From Mizuhopecten yessoensis (taxonomy: Eukaryota), in assembly GCF_002113885.1 (NCBI RefSeq), contig NW_018408852.1, positions 1,212,576-1,276,575 on the forward strand: 64,000 bases of DNA, written 5' to 3'. Under the pieces are notes generated by a model that was not told the DNA's origin, ran no database searches, and worked only from the letters and a program-made list of their open reading frames with translations. Numbering within the stretch: the first letter of the stretch is position 1; every line of letters begins with the position of its first letter. Below are positions 52,967 through 64,000 of the stretch, in pieces. A program made the translations under genes and the position numbers.

Positions 52967-55509
52967 AACGAGTAGGACGTTGTACTGAAAAGTTTGCATA
53001 ATAACTTGTCACCGTCATAATGACTTTTAAACTGTTGTATAATATGTTTTACAATACATGTAATTCAGGAATATGTATGTCATAGTGTTATAACAATGTA
53101 ATAACGGACAGCATGTATGCTACATCGAAAGTCTGGCACTTGTTTGAGTTTTATCTTAGATTGGATAGACAAATCGAGTGTCAGATGTTATTCATGTATT
53201 TATATTAGGGTTGGAAATGAATTATTGACTATTGTTTTCAACAAGAATATAAGCAAATATATTACCAAAAATATCTGAACACCGAGTTTCAACCATATTG
53301 ACGCCATGATTTCACACAGCCATAATGTCACGTGTTTTTTTTATTATTTTTAATTCAATGCGATGTGACCATTTAATGATTCCATGTCTACTGTATTCGA
53401 CGTCAATAACACGACGACATGCCCTTTGTCAACAAAGGGTATCACAGCAACATAACGTTTTCTTTTGTTTTAAATGTAATGACGCCATGTCTTTTTTCTA
53501 CACTGCAGTGAAGAAATAAAAATCTTCTTTATTTCACGTCTCTGTGGCTGATATAACATCTAGCACTAAGCAAAACTATGTAATAAGTGTACTGAGTGCA
53601 TTTATTGCCAGTCATATTATCAATCGTATTTTTGAAACACTTAAACGTATTGGAAGATTAAGTTTGCAAACGTAAGCACAAGTTATTACATATCATATAT
53701 TTATACAGGGCTTTTTAGAAATCTCTTTTGCTTCTTAGTTTTCTGCCATGCGCGTTGTATTTTATTTGTAGTTTCATTTGATTTTTCTTATTTTCCTTGA
53801 ATCTGTGATCCGCTACAGTTGCTTCTGTCTCGCTGCTCTCTCTGGTGTAAATTGATGCGCCCTTCTTCTCCTTACTGCCCTCTCTTCTATTCTCAGTTCA
53901 TGCTGTGATCAACTATGCTCTCTCCCTTCCGCGGTCTGATATGTATCTGTACTATCGATTATGTGTCTAGTAAAGGAGATGTTGAGTGTTGTAAACGTAT
54001 TGTGGCATTGCTAAGAATTCCTCTCAAACACAATCATCACAGTCATTGACATTTGTGGAGGTCAAAGCAAGTTTGCATTAACCAAATTCACTGCAGGTTC
54101 GTTACGATTGTTAACCAATCCACGGGGTCCTGGGTTTTTTTGTGTTCCTATACACATGGTTGCCGTCAGTTCTGTAACGAGGTAGGTAGACATGGCAGCT
54201 CCATCATCTCGGATGAGGTCCACATGTAATCTGTAATATCAATTTAAAACGATAAAACCTCAAACAATCTTTATGGATAAATGACATTAAAAGCATAAAC
54301 AAGATTGATCGCTTGGGCGGCCGTTTATAGAATCATATTTGCGAGGAAATACCATTTTATGAGCCGAAAAGTATGCAGGCTTTGGTAGAAACAATTCCAC
54401 AAAACAGAAAGAAATGTCTTTGATATTGAGCTGTAAAGACAACGTTAGTCAAAGAATATCCCAGTGGACTTTAATATCAATGATAAAAGGTCTATAAAGT
54501 CGAGCCTTAACTATAAAATATGTACCTTTTTAGCATCAGTCTCCAATTATAATCTAGTATAAGCTAGTCATTTCGTGTATGTTGGAATACAACTTAATCA
54601 CATAAAATAGCGAGCACACTAAAACTGCGTTATACGTGGAAGCGATACAGAAACCTATATGAACATTCCACTTTAAACATTATTTATGTTTGATCTTTTT
54701 TCAGAGGCGGTATACGTGTATAACTGTTCTTTATACCTTCGGTAACCGTTGTTGAAATCAGTTGACTTGGGTAGGTAATCCGGACAAGTGAGGATCTACT
54801 TTTAGTAACAAACATGTATTATCCAGAAACCATTTCAGCAACAGTAGAATCGTTATTCCTTAACGTTTGGCTTCTGAAATAACATCATGCGAAGTAACGT
54901 TATGCCATACAACAGAAACTATTGCTAAAACACATGGAATCTTTATTAGAAATGGAATGTGCAAGACAATACTTTAATACTTCAGTGCCAGGTTTTCGTC
55001 AATGCACAATCTCTCCGTTTCTGCAGGTTCATTGGTATCGCTCATTGTCCCTTTGTTCGGGTTTCATTTCATATCGCCAGTACCGAAACACTCTCTATTG
55101 TAGTGTAGAGGGATCAATACCACGAGATAATACAGGCTGTGTATTGTATGTTCTAATAATGAAATTGGTGACGAATCTCATTGTATGCTGAAGTCTACCC
55201 CTTTGTGAGAAACACAAATCCGTATGATGCCAAACACATACTGATTGCACTGAATTTTTCTTATCAACTTCAAAACATATTGCATTACGTAACTATGGAA
55301 ATCAGTGAAAAGGAACCAGTCTCCGGTTTAATTTGATCCTGCGTGAGCAATAAATTGCACGGTTATAACAAAGGCTTAACTTTACCACTTGTAGAGTGCC
55401 ATGATAGATATTGCCAAACGGCATGCCAATGAAAACGAAAATCTTGTAACAGGCCTGCATAATGATTGATATCCTCTATATATTCAGTGCTCTGTTGAGA
55501 TATAGAGCA

Positions 55510-56490
55510 CTACCAGATTAGGCAGTTATATCTTCCAATCAACAGAAAAGGTCATGGGGTCATTATGGACCACCACATTGAATCCGAGCAACATATCCGC
55601 GAAAATCAGGAAGACCAACGCAATGGATACGGTCATCAGAATAAGTTTTCCATCAATTGGACGAATGATCATTCAAACTATTGCATAAATACCTGATACA
55701 TTTTAAGCTTCCTTTTCTCCCATAACCACTATATGTGAATTATAAACAAGTTTGGTTACCCTACCCACTAGTGGGTAACACCATTGACGTTATTTTCTTG
55801 GGCGATCTTCTAAATTATAATGTCAAATAACAATATTTTGCGACGTTATATTCCATTGTGACGTCGTAGTCAAATACAATTTACTAGATATGGTATCTAG
55901 ATATATAATATTTAACGTTGTGGGAGGGAAAGGTCCCCAAACTCGAGATGGCTGATTAGCATGTGTATCTAACTCTCGTTAGTTGATTTCTAAAATTATA
56001 AAAGACACTCGGTAAACCTCGAGACTTTATCCAATTTTTAAAATAACCGACTCGTGATAGGGAAACATAGTAACTAGCCATCACTGGCTGGGGAACCTCT
56101 ATTTTTCCGTTATGGTTTCAATATAAGGCCATTTAGGGAAATCATAAAAGGAGTACAGTGAAGAGCTATCCAACAGTTGTCTGGGCTTCAAGGTCATTCT
56201 TTGAATGATGGATAAAATACTGGAGTTAGAAACACTAGCGTTTGCATATAGACGACACCACGGGGACATGATTGAAAAATACAAACTCATATCGGACATG
56301 CAAGTTTATAAAACCGAGGAGCAATGTAACATAGTTGAAAGAGCAACAAGGCCAAGTATATTTAAGCCCTATCTAAAAGAAACCTTGCCATTTATTGGCA
56401 CTACGTTACAGTGCGAGTGGTGATCGTTTGTAGCAAGCAACCATCAGAGGTAGTTAACATCACATCTCAATTTTAAATTTATCTTAGTGT
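55510..56490 (+). mobile_element. Decayed CR1-clade LINE ORF2 C-terminal fragment, interrupted by an insertion
   Basis: With frameshifts: GVIMDHHIESEQHI/AKIRKTNAMDTVIRISF/SFKLLHKYL [insertion] GVQ*RAIQQLSGLQGHS/ILELETLAFAYRRHHGDMIEKYKLI. This matches CR1 DLGVxxDxxLxFxxHI...VQRRATK...LxxRRxRGDMIExYK. Confidence 0.85.
55714..56108 (-). mobile_element. Palindromic non-autonomous element (Crypton-like), family A copy 2
   Basis: Reverse-complement homologue of 25556-26036 (core AAAGACACTCGGTAAACCTCGAGACTTT), nested in the CR1 fragment. Confidence 0.85.
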
Positions 56491-59400
56491 ACGTTAACGT
56501 CTTGTTACACTAGAGCACCGGTTAACCAAACCATCGAAGGTAGTTAATGCAATATACAAAAGCCCTGTACTACAAAGTGATATTATACAACTTTAAAGCA
56601 CCGATAAACCGCAAAGACAGTTCTTTGCTTGAAACCAAGTATTAAGTGACTAATATGTATGTGCTATTCTGTAGACTATCTAACTCCGTTGTTTATGTTA
56701 CAAAGTCAAACACAGCTTAAATATTCGGCGTTGTGTTACAGTTAAATATGGCTGAACATTGCATTTCTTTTGTGTCTAATTGTTGGAATTTTTGCCAGTA
56801 AAATTTCGTTCGAATTTTCTTATTTGTATTGACACAGAAACATCAATAAGTCCCCATTATTAATCATTTTGATATGGACAGATGTGGCATAAAACACACT
56901 TACAACGTCATCATTATTCGTTGCTTTTCACGTTCCCGAAGAAAATTTGCGAAACCATGTTTTATTTCTCTTTTTTTCCGATTTCGTTTTCTTTGACACA
57001 ATTTAAGGAACAACATCCTGGTCAATTTCGATACGTGACCTCTGTAAAAACTATGTCGCCATTGTGTATTGATTTATAATCTCAACACAATAGACATTTG
57101 TTCCTAGCGTACCAGAATTATGTATATGTATTTTTCAAATCATTAGTATACTGTCAAAGCATGCGCTAGATTCGGGGATTTCTTTCATCAATGTTACGAA
57201 TTACAGACAGAAAAGCGGAAGTCTGGAATGTTTAGACATTCGGACATCAGGTCGCCAAGGTTCTCATTATAATAAACAACGAGAGAATACCGACGCATAA
57301 ACAAAACGGTAGTTCAAATTCCGAATCGATTAAATAAGGGCAAAATAGTACAAACGAATGATTTACACGAGATACCATTGGTAAAATACTGGAAGAAAAG
57401 TATTAGTGTTTTCTTTATCAACTACTGTCGCCATTGATTTTCTGGTCCTATCCTAGTAATGTCACGTCTTCAAAATGAGAACAAGGGTAATGACTAAGAA
57501 ACAACTATGAATACTACTAAGCTAAGCATCCACTTCAAACTGCACAAGGAAATGTACCTTTTTTCCAATGACATCATTCTTGCGACAATAACATTTTCCC
57601 CACGTTTTCGACAATCATCATATCTCGAAGCACTGTTCTGTATACCTGTGCTGCAGTAATCGATATATTTAAAGAACGTTGTGGTATATTGAGCAAACAG
57701 GTGATTATACAAAGCGTCATATGCGTATTGTATACAGACATAGTATACAGTTCTGATATCTAATTTATCTACAACGATAGTGACAATGGCCGCGTGTTTC
57801 AATTCGCATTTGTCAATATCTGTAGATTACTATGAAAAGGTAACAAACCCTGAACTGAATAGGTTGTGCGCCAATATGCATTATACTAGTAACTACTTCA
57901 AATAAAAATGATAAAAAATGCCCTTACATTTACGACAAACTTTCTTCGTATTTAGTGACTCGTATAGATAGACTAGTAATTTCCTGATGTCGGGTGCGAG
58001 ATCAATTGTGTCATCATTGTGTACTTTTGTTTTGTTAAGGTCGCTTTTCGTTTATTTTAGGAAAAACATGCATCAAAGTAACACTGGAAGAGCACATTAA
58101 ATTATTTTTTTGTCATGATATAGACATGAAATGTTGACAAAGGATGACTCAGAATTTCACGAATGTTGCATATATTTTCCACAATAGTGTAGAACATATA
58201 AAACACCTTAGACACAATAGAGTATATACCATAACGAAACACTGCGCTTACCTGTACGTCCTAACATGATGCTAAGTTGGTGCATACGTTTTTATACCAC
58301 GGATATTATTTTGTGAACCGCTTTGAGACGACCTACAATCTAGGTTTTTATGTAAGTATTTATGAATAAGTTATTTATAATGACTGTAATTTCATCATAA
58401 TTAATACTATAATTATCGGTACTTATACATATATCATATATCATTAACCTCATCAAATAACACTTGCTCACATTATCACACACATATATATATATACATG
58501 CATGCATATTAAGATACATACAGTACCCTTATTATTGGTCGGGGATTTACACTTACAGAAGATTTTGAGTTTTTCTACACCGGGAACTCTCTACTCTCTG
58601 TACAACAAGTTGTAGCACAAACAACTAACCACTGGCCAAAACGAGGAAACAAAATCACACCTTATATGGAACGACAAGGTTAGATAAGTGACATGTGGCA
58701 ACAGACTCACGTGTACATGAACAACACAGGTGGGCGGTACAGTGATAGCAAACAGCACGATAAAAGCATCGCAACAATATATCTAATTAAAAGCATTCTA
58801 TCAAAGATATTAATAAAAACATCAATATTTTCATATTGTTCAAGGCAATAAACTGTGGGATGAAAAATCAGGTCATTTATGTAAATTACAACGAAGAACA
58901 TTCCTAACTACTCGTGCGGCATCTTGTCTAATTGAAATATAACCTGCTTTTACTTAAGCACCTGTGCTTATTGAAGTTATTTGATTTGTTTGCTATCATT
59001 AAAAATGATGATGTTTATGTTTTCTGTTGAACTATACCACTTAGATTCGCGACAAAGATACACCGTGACTTTTCAAAATCGGAAATGGCCTTATAAAACA
59101 GATGTTGCTCAGAGAATATACAAACATAAAACAATTACAACTGATTCTGTTGATAAGTAAATGTTTTGTAACTACACCGAACAACCTGATTTATAGAGCT
59201 ATTGAACTATTAATTAGGTAGTCGTTTGCGTGTAACAGGTAACATAATGGTTGATCAGTAAGTGACGGAACACGCCTGTTAAACCCATTAGGTGTTCTCA
59301 CGTAAAGGGTTAAGTAACGCCACTATTAGACAGGTACTTGACCGATGTAGAGGTAATTATAGATACCACGTAGGTGTGTCTATTGACAATATCACTTGGT

Positions 59401-60569
59401 TTTCCGACAAACCTTTCCCCTGATAAAGGCCAGGTTTAAGCTTTGTACTACATTCATGTTTTATATTCACTTCACAACATGATTATGATATGACTATATT
59501 AAGTTTAAGGACGAAATATATCCTATTTGCCAATGACGAGGGAAAATATCAGTGGTATCTGGTTTACATCAAATACGCCAAATGAGTTTATGAACTGTTT
59601 TAAGAACACCTTTGTATGCACATTGAAATGCAATCTTTAGCTATGCCAAAATCATTAGGTAGTCCTCTACATGTCATTATATGTCGTCCCGTGTGATATA
59701 TTGTATCACTTTGTACGACCCTTACTAGTACATGTGTTTATCCATATTTTAATATTCCGTGCAAGGTTTCATAGTTCATGTAACAAACAAGAAATAAAAT
59801 AAGACTGGACTACGCGTTGAATATCTAAGGTGTAATTGATGTTCACACAACCCTGCAGACGGTCAGGGAGACGGTGCCCCTTGGTCGTAACGATTTTTGT
59901 TCTATCTGATATGCAATGATAAGAGAGCAGGAAATGAACGTTAGAACTGATAGCTTGTTATCGGTTTGTTCTTAAAAGGACGAAAAGCGGGGTGGGGTTT
60001 TTTTCTTTTGGGGGNTAGTACCAAAGTAGCCCACATTATAGATTCGAACCATTTACTGTTACTTTTTTCTCCATTTATCTGATCTAATAATCAATTGTGA
60101 TGTAATCGTGCTAATGTATCTATTTTTGCCTATTTTAGATGAAAGGTTGTCCATCTAAATGATTGACGACATTAATGCTTTATTGAACAGATCAAAATCT
60201 GCCGAATCGGTTGTCCTTTTTATCTGTTAATGTAGATCTTTGTGAAGATCGTTTTACGTTGCATTTTTCCGGTATCCTTGACGATGTCTATATCACTATT
60301 TTGTATCATTACCAGGATCAGATCAAACAGCATATTTAAATGGCGTGCTGCATTTAATTAGAACGATGTATAAAACAATTGGATCAATATATAATGCTTG
60401 GGGATCTGTGACAAACCGGTAATAGAAGTTTAAACATATTGCCCAAAAATCTAGCGATTGATTTTAGCCATAAAACTACAATATTGTTTGAAATTTCAAC
60501 TATAATATTTCACCTGTATTTATCTATACACTTGCACTTTTTTCTCACATGTTTCTCTTTTCAGACCAT

Positions 60570-60690
60570 TATCAGTATAATGTGACCTGATAGGGCGTCA
60601 TGCTTCTCTAACCGGTGATGATATGTCGGAGTGGTAGTCTTTTAAAGTGAATGGCCAAAGGATGAATACACACTGTCGTCATATGACAAG
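60570..60690 (+). mobile_element. SINE fragment (Meta-type domain)
   Basis: TCAGTATAATGTGACCTGATAGGGCGTCATG...GTCGTCATATGAC. Confidence 0.45.
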
Positions 60691-60764
60691 TGGCCCAATC
60701 TATATTGGCAATGATGTCAATTGAATGCATTTAATGCAAAGCTTAAGCTTATCCTAGTTAATGA

Positions 60765-61912
60765 ACAATGAACTGTTGCATAGTCCCATATTCAGTGTAC
60801 ATTGGTGTTTTATGATCTAAGTTACCGTGGTTACTTCATCAATACACTGGTGTGTGGTCCCTTACTCAGTGTACATTGGTATTTTGTTATCTTAGTTACC
60901 GAGTGGTAACTTCATTAATGAGCAGTTGTGTGGTCCCTTACTCAGTGTACATTGGTGTTTTATTATCTTAGTTACCGAGTGGTTACTTCATCAATGAACA
61001 GTTGTGTGGTGCCTTACTCAGTTTACTTTGGTGTATTATGATCTTAGTTACTGAGTGGTTACTTCATCAATAAACTGGTGTGTGGTCCCTTACCCAGTGT
61101 ACTTCGGTGTTTTATGATCTAAGTTACCGTGGTTACTTCATCAATAAACTGGTGTGTGGTCCCATATTCAGTGTACATTGGTGTTTTATGATCTTAGTTA
61201 CCGAGTGGTTACTTCATTAATGAACAGTTGTGTGGTCCCTTACTCAGTGTACATTGGTGTTTTATGATCTAAGTTACAGTGGTTACTTCATCAATAAACT
61301 GTTTTGTGATCCCTTACCCAGTGTACATTTGTGTTTATTATCTTAGTTTCACAGTGGTTACTTCATCAATAAACTGTTTTGCGGTCCCTTACTCAGTGTA
61401 CAATGATGTTTTATTATCTAATTTACCGATTGGTTACGTCATCAATACACTGTTTTGTGATCCCTTACTCAGTGTACATTGGTGTTTTATTATCTTAGTT
61501 ACCGAGTGGTTACTTCATCAATAAACTATTGTGTTGTCTCCTAATCAGTGGGCAGTGTTGTTTTATGATCTACGTTACCGTGGTTTCTTAAATCAATAAA
61601 CTGTTGTGTGGCCCCATAATTAGTGCACATTGGTGGTTTTTATCTTAGTTACCGAGTGGTTACTTCATTAATGAACTGTTGTGCGGTCCCTTACTCAGTG
61701 TACATAGGTGTTTTATTATCTAGGTTACCCAGTGGTGACTTCATCAATGAACTGTTGTGCGGTCCCTTACTCAGTGTACATAGGTGTTTTATTATCTAAG
61801 TTACCGTGGTTACTTCATCAATGAACTGTTGTGTGGTCCAATAATTAGTGTACATTGGTGTTTTATGATCTAAGTTACCGAATGGTTACTTCATCAATGA
61901 ACTGTTGTGTGA
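60765..61912. repeat. Minisatellite, 74/76-bp unit, ~15 copies
   Basis: CAGTGTAC (or a one-base variant) at 60793, 60867, 60943, 61019, 61095, 61169, 61245, 61319 and onward. The two unit lengths differ by a GA indel (CCGTGG vs CCGAGTGG). Confidence 0.97.
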
Positions 61913-62959
61913 CCACACATTAGCTATGATGTGACTCAATCATCTGTCTACACCGACGTCATACATGTATGACGTTAGCTATGATATGCAACCTTAATGG
62001 ACTCCATGGAATCGTCATCTGTTGACGTTTTATGACCATCACCATCACCATCTAAACCAAACAGTAGTCGTTGTTTGGGAACACGTTTAGAAAAAAAAGT
62101 TTTCTAAGCAGTAGAAAATGTAACGGAACTGATATTGTGTTTAGTGCATCTACATGGAATCAAATTTTGTTACATTAGTCCTAAACCAGAAACTATATAC
62201 CGATATTCCAAGCAGGAAGAATTATTATCGGAGCGTATTTTTCGTTTATTAAAAACACACACATTTTTCATTTTATTATCTCCAGGAAATGACAGGCTAA
62301 TCACAAAGCAATTCCGGCAGTTAATAGGTGAACGTGTCTCACACAAAACAAATTGCTAGGGCCACTTTGTGTTCTCAACAGTTATGCAGTGAAAGTGGCA
62401 TTGGGTAATTCGAAGCGTTTGATGTGAAATTTCATTAAACATAGAGAGCTAGATAAAAATATAACATCAGTTTGGTATAGTTGAGTAAAAATGACTTCGA
62501 TGTAATTGTGCATTCATGTTGAATAGATCTTGATATAAACAGTAAACGTCGGGAGACGACAATTGTCCGCGGGGAAATTCATTTAAGGCGTACAGCACGT
62601 GTATATGCATCATTCAGCCACAGTTAAAGAGGTGTTTTTTTAGGTTTTTTTACTTTCAAATTGAAAACGAAGTGTTTGGCTTGAAGTTTGCAGAATCCAT
62701 TGTGTGGACGTGCTTGCAGAAGGTTCTCCGATAGTTTTGAAAAAGTCCAAATCTGTCACACTGTTCGGCAGTTACAAAATGTACATAGCTTATTACATGT
62801 ATACATGTGTAACTAATATATGTTATATGTTACATGACGTTAACATACTTACTGAAATGATCTACGCAATATTATATATACTAGTCCTCTTCTAGGAACA
62901 TTATAGAGTGTTTCTACTCTAGAACAGTATAGAGTGATTCTCATCTGGGCAACGTTACT

Positions 62960-63165
62960 AATTATTAAATCTAGTCTTCATGAAAGCGTGTCTGATTGGA
63001 TGCTACTGGTCACATGACAGGGTAATAAAACATCCTGTCGCCCTCGCGCGCTCAGGTTTCCCCGATCATATTTCCCTGATTCGGAGCCTCTCTAGAAAAA
63101 AAGAACCACAACAACCTAGTTCCGATTGACAGAAGTAGACGACAAGTCAACCTGATCATCTCTAC

Positions 63166-63197
<32 letters not shown>

Positions 63198-63198
63198 A

Positions 63199-63248
<50 letters not shown>

Positions 63249-63403
63249 GTTTTCGGCATAATAGACATAAATTGCCCTTGCTGTAGGGAAACACTATCCG
63301 TTTTTTCTCTGAAGTTGATTATGTTTCACGAAGCTTGCGTGGAACATGATTAACCATCTGAGAGACAACGAATTGTGTTTTCCTACAGTGAGGATATTAA
63401 ATG
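62960..63403. mobile_element. Palindromic non-autonomous element (Crypton-like), family C
   Basis: TATTAAAT direct repeats at both ends, a CTGATTGG...GTCACATGAC segment, and a ~130-bp imperfect palindrome (63270-63398) centred on TGTTTCACGAAGCTTGCGTGGAACA. Confidence 0.65.
63168..63248. repeat. (TTGA)n microsatellite, ~20 units
   Basis: Directly visible, with one interruption. Confidence 0.99.
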
Positions 63404-64000
63404 TGTAATATACCTTATCTACTTGTAGATATCATCATTATTTATTTCCTCAGATGTCAGTTTTTCCCCAGTTATTTATTTATTCTAAGTTGATTTTTTC
63501 CGCTTCCACGTTTACACCATGGCGCCTGAATAGTGAGAATTAACTAAATAAACCATTTATTATTTTGAATTGAAATTATAGATATGAGTTATATTTTTCC
63601 GATAGATTGATATATCAGCAGGCAATTCAAATAGTACATTAGAATTAAATATTAATGGAATATCTGAGCAGTGATAAAGAAATATTTGATGTCCCTGCTA
63701 GACCGTATTATTTGAAACCTTACACTGCACCTGCTGCTGATGTTATTGGGTGCCAAGTCATTACAGTATACTAGGGATACACTAATAATACGTAAATAAT
63801 GAGAACCATCGCGATATCTTCCAAGGAATTTTGTTATCAATTATTCAAAATGTTTCGATATTATGTAATTAGTTTTGAAGCTTAACTGCAGCCAATAACG
63901 TTCATGACTGGTAAAAAAAAACCCGGAGAAAATGAATGTGATTGTTCTATTCTGTAATATTCTAAACTACATGTTTAGCTGTGTTAAAAATACTTCAATG

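Noticed and set aside
44750-62330. Next coding exon after 27743 at acceptors ~44749, 54704, 55026, 60139, 60564, 62286
   Set aside because: Phase-1 frames hit stops quickly or lack a credible donor, and none looks like E-protein sequence.
1-64000. Conserved microRNA hairpins or Hox-cluster genes
   Set aside because: No mature miRNA I recall and no homeobox was recognised by eye; a miRBase/Rfam scan would be needed to exclude them.

Overview
AT-rich animal genomic DNA, not prokaryotic: there are no operons, rRNA, intact tRNA genes or CRISPR arrays. The repeat inventory (tRNA-headed V-type and Meta/Deu-type SINEs, a HINE/pearl-like element, Penelope-like, CR1 and L1/Tx1 fragments, excess TACATGTA) points to a bivalve mollusc; this is an inference. 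Nearly all entries in the ORF track are chance ORFs, repeat-derived ORFs or artefacts of the 753-N gap. The best gene evidence is on the + strand: a TATA-led non-coding exon (~24984-25193) and an exon at 27437-27743 with four uORFs and a CAAC-ATG start encoding MPGNDTLSKSSHLQELMYTAFRKCMRDVLSQPYPND. From memory this peptide resembles the N-terminal motif of daughterless/E-protein bHLH factors; if so, most of the downstream sequence is a large intron. The rest is tandem arrays (64, 44, 23, 39, 61 and 74/76 bp units) and small non-autonomous DNA elements (IS3EU-like, piggyBac-like, hAT-like and several palindromic Crypton-like families). I found no convincing novel protein-coding system. The most interesting signals are the candidate E-protein 5' end, the shared Crypton-like architecture, the organisation of the satellites and candidate antisense exons. 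All family assignments are by eye and need database confirmation.
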